Source: an uncultured Gammaproteobacteria bacterium
GTDB taxonomy: Bacteria > Patescibacteriota > Microgenomatia > Levybacterales > GWA1-39-11
Reading direction: 5' to 3'
Assembly (NCBI GenBank): GCA_964651815.1
Contig: CAZYWG010000004.1
Span: 36,977-100,976, forward strand
DNA length: 64,000 bases
Positions 57,869 through 64,000 of the stretch are shown here, in pieces. Under the pieces are notes generated by a model. The model was not told the origin of the DNA and ran no database searches. It was given only the letters and a program-made list of their open reading frames with translations. The first letter of the stretch is position 1, and each line of letters starts with the position of its first letter. The translations under genes and the position numbers were made by a program.

Positions 57869-58340
57869 GTATTTAACTTCCAGAGCAAACTTTTTTTATT
57901 TTTCTTTTGTACAAACAAGATCAGCTTTTTTATACGTTCTTTTCGACAGCGAAAAGAACCAAAAGCTGCTCGACCCACAAGTCGAGCTAATTTTTCTTCA
58001 CTAGCGGGGGAAACCTTCCCACCTCCACGATCTTGATCGTTGTCAAGACGTGGGGCTCCCCCCTGTACGCTCGGTCGAAAAATTACTCTCACATTCGTTT
58101 GGGTCGTTCTTGTTGTAAAGGTCGAGTTAGACACATTGATCAATCTTAAACAAAGTACGCTTCTCAAAATTCTTAGATTAGTTGTAAAAGCGCTCTTACA
58201 TATAAATTTACACTGCTTGGGTGCTTTCCAAAAATAATCCCAAAGTAATTTTGGTCTATTGAACCTCCAAAAAGTTCTGGACAAACTGTCGAGAATTTGA
58301 ACTTTTATCAAAGAAAATAACTTAGAGTATTTTTACTGCT

Positions 58341-58369
58341 TGACACCATTGATGTCATTTGCTAGTCTA
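58341..58369 (+). promoter_or_regulatory. promoter of the HTH gene with overlapping palindrome
   Basis: TTGACA-N17 (TG)-TAGTCT; TGACA-N7-TGTCA inverted repeat. Confidence 0.6.
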
Positions 58370-58408
58370 GGTGCATATAATATATAGAGTTAATTCCTTT
58401 TATATAGT

Positions 58409-58621
58409 ATGCCACACCAAAATATATCAATCGACAACCTACCAGATCTACTCACAGTTCGTGAGGTAGCTGAAATTTTAAGAGTTTCTCCATTAACTAT
58501 CAAAAGATGGGGGAAACGGGGAAAACTTCCGGCAATTAGAATCAATTCGCGCGGCGACCGCAGGTACAAAAAAGAAGCAGTCCTCTATCTACTCGGAATC
58601 CAGGCTAAAACCGAAGTTTAG
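58409..58621 (+). CDS. HTH_17 / BldC / excisionase-like DNA-binding protein
   Basis: LLTVREVAEILRVSPLTIKRW...GKLPAIR...GDRRY. Confidence 0.9.
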   Translation: MPHQNISIDNLPDLLTVREVAEILRVSPLTIKRWGKRGKLPAIRINSRGDRRYKKEAVLYLLGIQAKTEV

Positions 58622-58669
58622 TAACAATTAACAATTGACAATTAACAATTGACGACTAATACTTAAATA

Positions 58670-59548
58670 ATGTCTTCAGCTTCAAATCAACTCAAAGCAA
58701 TTCAAAAGTTCGAATCAAAGTGGAAAGAGAATAAGTTTGTTTGCGTGGGTTTAGATGTGGAGTATGACAAGCTCCCCGAAGTTTTTCGAAATTCTAAAAA
58801 TAGGGCAGAAGCAACCCTCGAATTTAACAAAAAGATAATCGATTCAACGTACGATTTAGCCCTTTGTTACAAGCCAAATTCTGCTTTTTATGAAGGAGAA
58901 GGCGCAGACGGCTTGGTCGTTCTCAAAAAAACGGTCGAATATATTAAAGAAAAGGATAATTCGATCCCAATAATTTTAGACGCAAAGCGTGCCGATATTG
59001 GTAACACAAACAAGGGTTATGTCAAAATGGCATTTGATGACTTTGAATTTGACGCAATTACGGTCAACCCATATCTTGGGACAGACTCACTCCAACCATT
59101 TCTGGACCAGAGTGACAAACTAATTATAATTTTATGTAAAACTTCAAATCCAGGGGCCGGCGAAATTCAAGATTTACAAATTTTGGGAAAAGAATTTGGT
59201 GAGCTTGGAGAGGAAGCGATCAAACTCTATCAAATCATAGCGTTTTTTGCAAAAACGAAGTGGAATTCAAATGGAAACGTTGGTTTGGTAGTGGGCGCCA
59301 CATATCCTGAGGAATTGAGCTCAGTCAGAAAAATAGTAGGGGATATGCCAATCCTTATGCCGGGCATAGGAAGTCAGGGTGGAGATATCGAAAAATCTGT
59401 CAAAGCCGGTCTTGATTCGAATAAGCAGGGGATAATAGTCAACTCATCCCGTGGAATAATTTATGCCTCTAATGGCCCGGATTTTGCAGAGGCTGCGCGC
59501 GAAGCGACAAAGAAGCTTAATGAGGAGATTATTGGATCTATAGTTTAA
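58670..59548 (+). CDS. pyrF: orotidine-5'-phosphate decarboxylase
   Basis: CVGLD, YKPNSAFYE, DAKRADIGNT, VVGATYP, PGIGSQGG, SSRGIIYA. Confidence 0.96.
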   Translation: MSSASNQLKAIQKFESKWKENKFVCVGLDVEYDKLPEVFRNSKNRAEATLEFNKKIIDSTYDLALCYKPNSAFYEGEGADGLVVLKKTVEYIKEKDNSIPIILDAKRADIGNTNKGYVKMAFDDFEFDAITVNPYLGTDSLQPFLDQSDKLIIILCKTSNPGAGEIQDLQILGKEFGELGEEAIKLYQIIAFFAKTKWNSNGNVGLVVGATYPEELSSVRKIVGDMPILMPGIGSQGGDIEKSVKAGLDSNKQGIIVNSSRGIIYASNGPDFAEAAREATKKLNEEIIGSIV

Positions 59549-60168
59549 TAAGTCTGTGGCTGCGGATTTTCTGAAGAGGCTTGATCAATTATATCCGCTA
59601 GAGTTTTGATAGCTAACTCATCTGGTGGTACGAGATCTGTAGCGAGGGGTTGGAGCATTTCATGCCCAGGTTCCGCATATATAGCTTTGAATACAGAGGC
59701 TACTGCTGTAACGTGTGTATCGGCACTTTGAGGAACGAGATTTCCATCTTTCATAATCATCTTCTGGATAGAAATAGGCTTAGGTTTTTTGACCCTTCTA
59801 AGAGTTTTCAGATTTTCGGGTGTTGGAACTACATCTTCTTTGTAAGCAAGTCTTAAGGCGGTTTTAGTACCGCGACCAACATTGATTCTTATTCCGCTTC
59901 CATTAATATTTCTTCCATCATATGGTTTAACCTTCCCATCGAGGGTGATAATCCCTCCGGTTTCAAGATAGAGGTTGGTGACTTGTTCAACACCTGTTCT
60001 AATTCTTTCAGCAATTTGGCCAAAGATCTCGTTGTCAAAGATAACCTCTTGATGCTCAAGCCAATTAATAACTCTTCCGGTTCTTGTCGCAGGCTGTAAA
60101 GCCTTTTGTTCTCCCGACTGATGCATCTGACCATCTCCTTGACCGGGTGTTTCGGGTATTCTTCCCAT
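59545..60168 (-). CDS. hypothetical protein
   Basis: ORF convergent on pyrF; TATAAT shortly upstream of the MGRIP start. Confidence 0.6.
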   Translation of the reverse strand: MGRIPETPGQGDGQMHQSGEQKALQPATRTGRVINWLEHQEVIFDNEIFGQIAERIRTGVEQVTNLYLETGGIITLDGKVKPYDGRNINGSGIRINVGRGTKTALRLAYKEDVVPTPENLKTLRRVKKPKPISIQKMIMKDGNLVPQSADTHVTAVASVFKAIYAEPGHEMLQPLATDLVPPDELAIKTLADIIDQASSENPQPQTY

Positions 60169-60247
60169 AGGAGTCACGATTATACCAAGTAAAAAAAGAT
60201 TTTTAAACACCTAATTTATGATTTGGTTTTATGCGTTTGGTTTCAGC

Positions 60248-61021
60248 TCACCTGAGGATTAACAGGAAATAAACAATCGAAAGAACAATTCTATATATTC
60301 CAAAGCCGATGAAGTTGTTAGATTTAACATAACCCACGAGCCATTTAATTGCAAATATTGCAACAACAAATGAGACTATAAATCCTACTAAAAGTAACAT
60401 CCATTCGTTGGTATTAAAATGAAAACTTGAACTTTTTAAGTCAAGTAGGGTTGCAGCAAGCATTGTTGGGACCGCGAGTAAAAATGAAAATTCCGTTGCG
60501 TTTTCTCGTGATATTCCAAGAAGCATTCCGCCAATAATTGTTGATGCCGAGCGTGATACACCAGGGATGACAGCAATTGACTGAAATAGGCCTATTACAG
60601 CGGCTTTTTCATAGGTAATTTCTTTGTCTTCCGTCTGTTTTTTGCCGCGGCGTTTAAATAATAATTCAACCCCAATTAATGCAATACCACCAATGAGAAG
60701 TGAGAGCAAGACAATACTAGGATTACCGATTAAATAATGTTTTATAAATTTATAGAGAATGAATCCAACAACCGCGGTTGGAATAAAAGCTACCAAGACG
60801 CGCTTTCCTAGTTCAAAATCTTTCTTCATTTTCCCCGAATACAAAACAATTACAGCAAGTATTGCGCCAGATTGAATTACAATTTCAAACGTTTTCACAA
60901 AGTCAGTTTGCGCGATTTGAAGAAGGTTCGAAACCAAAATAAGGTGGCCGGTAGAAGAGACTGGAAGGAATTCGGTAATTCCCTCAACTATTCCTAGAAT
61001 GATGGCATGGAAGAAGTTCAT
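60248..61021 (-). CDS. uppP: undecaprenyl-diphosphate phosphatase
   Basis: GIVEGITEFLPVSSTGHL, PGVSRSASTI, EFSFLLAVP. Confidence 0.97.
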   Translation of the reverse strand: MNFFHAIILGIVEGITEFLPVSSTGHLILVSNLLQIAQTDFVKTFEIVIQSGAILAVIVLYSGKMKKDFELGKRVLVAFIPTAVVGFILYKFIKHYLIGNPSIVLLSLLIGGIALIGVELLFKRRGKKQTEDKEITYEKAAVIGLFQSIAVIPGVSRSASTIIGGMLLGISRENATEFSFLLAVPTMLAATLLDLKSSSFHFNTNEWMLLLVGFIVSFVVAIFAIKWLVGYVKSNNFIGFGIYRIVLSIVYFLLILR

Positions 61022-61067
61022 GCGAATAGTGTATCAAAAGTATCAAGGGTACCACAAGTATCATGGG

Positions 61068-62414
61068 TTAGTCGCCGATGCGGCTAGTCCCAATGGATCT
61101 AAAGAAAATGTTAAGGTCGCGTTCATCAACTTTTCCGTCAAAATTTAAATCTGCAAGTGCTTTTTGTGGGCAGTTACCAAGGCCGTAACATGAAAGTATG
61201 ACGTTGTAGTCTGACAAGTCTAGAGCGTTATCTTGTATACCATCCAAACCCGTAAAGTCTCCGGCTGCAACTAGTGTTGGTACGATTTTAGAAGTGGTAC
61301 CTGTTGTAATTTGCACTATCCCTAGATCTTTCCACAAGCTGTTGTTAAGCCGCGCCTTTACGTGCAGTTGATAGGTTCCGGCAGACACGGGAATACTGGC
61401 AACAAAAGTAGCGTTTATTGCATGAAAATTGAAGTTTGCCTTGGCACTCGTTGTTGCGCTATCTGCGGCCGCGGGATTGAAAAATTGGACCTCGCCGCTT
61501 ACGGAGTTTTGCTCTAAGAGAGGGTGCGGATTTTCTCCTAAAGCCGTATTTAATCCAACTCCTGGGGCAATCAAAGAGATTGAAAGGAGAGTTGGCCCCG
61601 GCGTTGGCGAAGCAGTGGGAGTTGGAGTGGCGGATGGCGTTCCAATTAATATAGAGGTAGGCGTCGGTGTCGGAGTTGCAGAAGTAGTTGCGGTGGGAGT
61701 AGGTGTTGGTGTTGCAGTGGCGGCTGGAAGAGTAGGGGTAGGTGTAGAAGTTGGGCTTGGTGCAACAGTTGGAACCGTACCACCGTCGTTTACCTCTCCA
61801 AATGTTACAACCCACCGTTCAGATAATCCTCCTGATCCGATTGTTGATTTACCCACACCTATTGCCTGCCAATTCCTTGGTAAAGTACCTCCTGACGTAT
61901 TACTGATTTGATTTAAGAGTACAACGTTATGCTCAGGTGAATTTTCCCAAGATGACAAGGCAACCTGTGGCGGAACAAGAGAAGATGCAGCAACAACGCC
62001 AGATGAAGTTGTGGCATTCGGATAACCGCAATCGCCGTTTCTTTGCGGGTCTAGGCGTCCCAAGGAATCAGTATGAGAATTTATATTGCCATGTGTTGCC
62101 ATATCTGTTGCCATCCACTGCGCCGCACGCGTAAGAGTAGCAGAGATTGGCAGAACTGATAAATTATGCTGTTGCCTGTATTGGTTTAAGATTGTTGCGA
62201 GTGTTTGTTCATCTTGATCCATGGCAAAGTCCGCGTCGTTCACAGTGCAATTAGTAGCAGTACTAGACGTTCTAAACAAAATCCTGTTGTGTTTATTTTT
62301 GCTCCTCGCAATTATTGAAATAGTAAAGGGAATAGAGAGAATTAGCGTTGCAACAAATAGAAAAAGCACAACGCGAGAATAAGAGTGGAAAAATTTTTCA
62401 AATAAATTAAGCAC
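61068..62414 (-). CDS. CAP (SCP) domain protein with PT linker and dockerin-like repeats
   Basis: LNQYRQQHNL..L....LTRAAQ, WENSPEHN, IGVG; ADLNFDGKVDERDL. Confidence 0.85.
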   Translation of the reverse strand: MLNLFEKFFHSYSRVVLFLFVATLILSIPFTISIIARSKNKHNRILFRTSSTATNCTVNDADFAMDQDEQTLATILNQYRQQHNLSVLPISATLTRAAQWMATDMATHGNINSHTDSLGRLDPQRNGDCGYPNATTSSGVVAASSLVPPQVALSSWENSPEHNVVLLNQISNTSGGTLPRNWQAIGVGKSTIGSGGLSERWVVTFGEVNDGGTVPTVAPSPTSTPTPTLPAATATPTPTPTATTSATPTPTPTSILIGTPSATPTPTASPTPGPTLLSISLIAPGVGLNTALGENPHPLLEQNSVSGEVQFFNPAAADSATTSAKANFNFHAINATFVASIPVSAGTYQLHVKARLNNSLWKDLGIVQITTGTTSKIVPTLVAAGDFTGLDGIQDNALDLSDYNVILSCYGLGNCPQKALADLNFDGKVDERDLNIFFRSIGTSRIGD

Positions 62415-62510
62415 AATTTAATAATAGTGGCTTGACGCTTTGAATGTCAACGATGTTAGATTGAATTTGGAATTAGGAATTATGGAAAAGAACCGATTTT
62501 AACTCGTTAA

Positions 62511-63932
62511 TTAATAAGAATTGGTGGGAATTTTTTGGGGAGCCTGTGTTGGAATCACAAATCCCTCTGCGCTTTTAATCATGTCAAAATATTTTCCTGT
62601 GCAGCCGCCTTTTTGAACATCTATTGGCGAGAAAACGCTTGTTCCATTTCGATTTAAGATATTTGCTAGGTCGCTGTTTATAAATACACAGCTTCCTGTA
62701 GACCCAAGATATTGTTGAACAAGGTTTGATGTCTCCTGTGAAATTTTCTCGCTTTTAGCATTTGTCACGTTTCTTGGAAGTATAAAATATTGAGAAACAA
62801 GGTTTGCGTTAAGAACGCATTTAGATTGATCTAGAGGTTGGATCTCGTAATTAGTAGTTATTTTAGAAGTAGTAGTTAATCCGTTTACGTTAAAATCCAA
62901 TGCCTGTTTGACCTGGACTTTTGTTGGGATACATGTCTCGGCATTTTTTTCAAAGCAGGAAAGTCCAGGGTTCATTGCCGCAGCACCTTCCGCTGTTAGG
63001 TCGTCACTCATACAATCAACCGGCTTGCTTATAGTCCCCATTTTATTTGAAGTCGCGAGATTTTTATAAACGTTTGCCAAATTTAAAAGTGTTGGGCCAA
63101 CAAATATCGCAAAAACAATAATAAGTGTAATCGGAAGCACAGTCAAAATATAAAAGAAAGTTTTGAGCTTGGTACTTGGATTAAATACAAAATTACCCTT
63201 GATGGCTTTCAAATTATCATATATTAAGAAAGTATAAATTATAGCAATTGGGCCTATCACAAATCCAAACGGTATAAAAATGAGTGAAGAAATTGATGGC
63301 AATTTAAGGAAAGCAAATGCAAAACCCGCGGACGCAAAAACTATTTCTACAACTATAAAAAGAAAAACCAGAAAAAGGTATCTTAGGAAAACGGCCCAAA
63401 AATAACCTCTTACATACTCACGGCTTTTGAGAAGAGCATTCATGCCGCCCGTTCCTTCACCAATTAATACAAACACAGCCGGAGCAAACCAAATTGCAAA
63501 AATAATCCCCGGAATAACAAAAAAGATGTAACCGCAAAATACTATTAAAGCTGAAAGTACAGAGACCCAAAAGTAGGGGAGGACCTTTTTGAAAGACGCC
63601 TGAATTAATTCTTTTAGGGAGCGATCCTCACGATAATAAACAATTGACGCAATAAGTGCAATGTTCATGAGTGTTTGGACAAATATTGACACAAAGAAAA
63701 ATATTATGGCCAAAATGATTAATACTCCAATAAGAATGGGGGACTTTGATACCAATCCAATAATGACACCAATAACCCCTACAAATATAAAGACACTTGT
63801 AAGTGCCCATGAGATGGCAAGGGATAAGACAAGTAAAATAATTATTGTCCTGAGCCTTAATTTATAGATGAGCCAGGCGTCCTGCAATAATTTAATTGGG
63901 CCCGGTAAACTTTGTGTTGTTTTAGTTGCCAT
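62511..63932 (-). CDS. membrane protein (GDPD-membrane/DUF975-like) with C-terminal ectodomain
   Basis: FVIPGIIFAIWF....ALLKSREYVRGYFW pattern; Cys-containing C-terminal domain. Confidence 0.7.
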   Translation of the reverse strand: MATKTTQSLPGPIKLLQDAWLIYKLRLRTIIILLVLSLAISWALTSVFIFVGVIGVIIGLVSKSPILIGVLIILAIIFFFVSIFVQTLMNIALIASIVYYREDRSLKELIQASFKKVLPYFWVSVLSALIVFCGYIFFVIPGIIFAIWFAPAVFVLIGEGTGGMNALLKSREYVRGYFWAVFLRYLFLVFLFIVVEIVFASAGFAFAFLKLPSISSLIFIPFGFVIGPIAIIYTFLIYDNLKAIKGNFVFNPSTKLKTFFYILTVLPITLIIVFAIFVGPTLLNLANVYKNLATSNKMGTISKPVDCMSDDLTAEGAAAMNPGLSCFEKNAETCIPTKVQVKQALDFNVNGLTTTSKITTNYEIQPLDQSKCVLNANLVSQYFILPRNVTNAKSEKISQETSNLVQQYLGSTGSCVFINSDLANILNRNGTSVFSPIDVQKGGCTGKYFDMIKSAEGFVIPTQAPQKIPTNSY

Positions 63933-64000
63933 ATTAGTTAGTGTGTCATAAAAATTCTTTCGGTGCAATTTTTATCTACACATAGGTGTAGTTGAACCTC

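Noticed and set aside
57769-58311. 180-aa minus-strand ORF
   Set aside because: Overlaps the TagA gene antisense, has no recognisable motif, and coincides with a structured region
58409-58621. Excisionase marking a mobile element
   Set aside because: Flanked by housekeeping genes with no integrase; more likely a chromosomal regulator

Overview
AT-rich bacterial chromosome segment whose gene content and protein styles (pilin-fused giants, dockerin/PEGA/DUF11 surface proteins, short ComEC, few metabolic genes) suggest a Patescibacteria/CPR genome, probably Microgenomates (inference). Housekeeping genes: pyk, rho, leuS, comEA, comEC, mreB, pyrF, uppP, a WecG/TagA glycosyltransferase and a two-component set. 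Accessory regions: a GT2/GT4/GT-C glycosylation cluster, two GC-rich islands (ECF sigma, coupled basic micro-ORFs, two domain-swapped paralogous surface proteins) and a surface-protein island (1858-aa pilin-LamG giant, PaaK-like ligase, two LRR proteins). The top candidate for a new system is a 1377-aa protein joining two tyrosine-recombinase-type DNA-binding domains, with no catalytic domain, through one membrane helix to a tail-fibre/peptidase-S74 ectodomain, next to WxL-like genes. Several long, hairpin-rich intergenic regions look like unannotated structured RNAs, two of them carrying boxA-like motifs. No rRNA, tRNA, CRISPR array or transposase was recognised. All assignments are by eye, with no database searches run.
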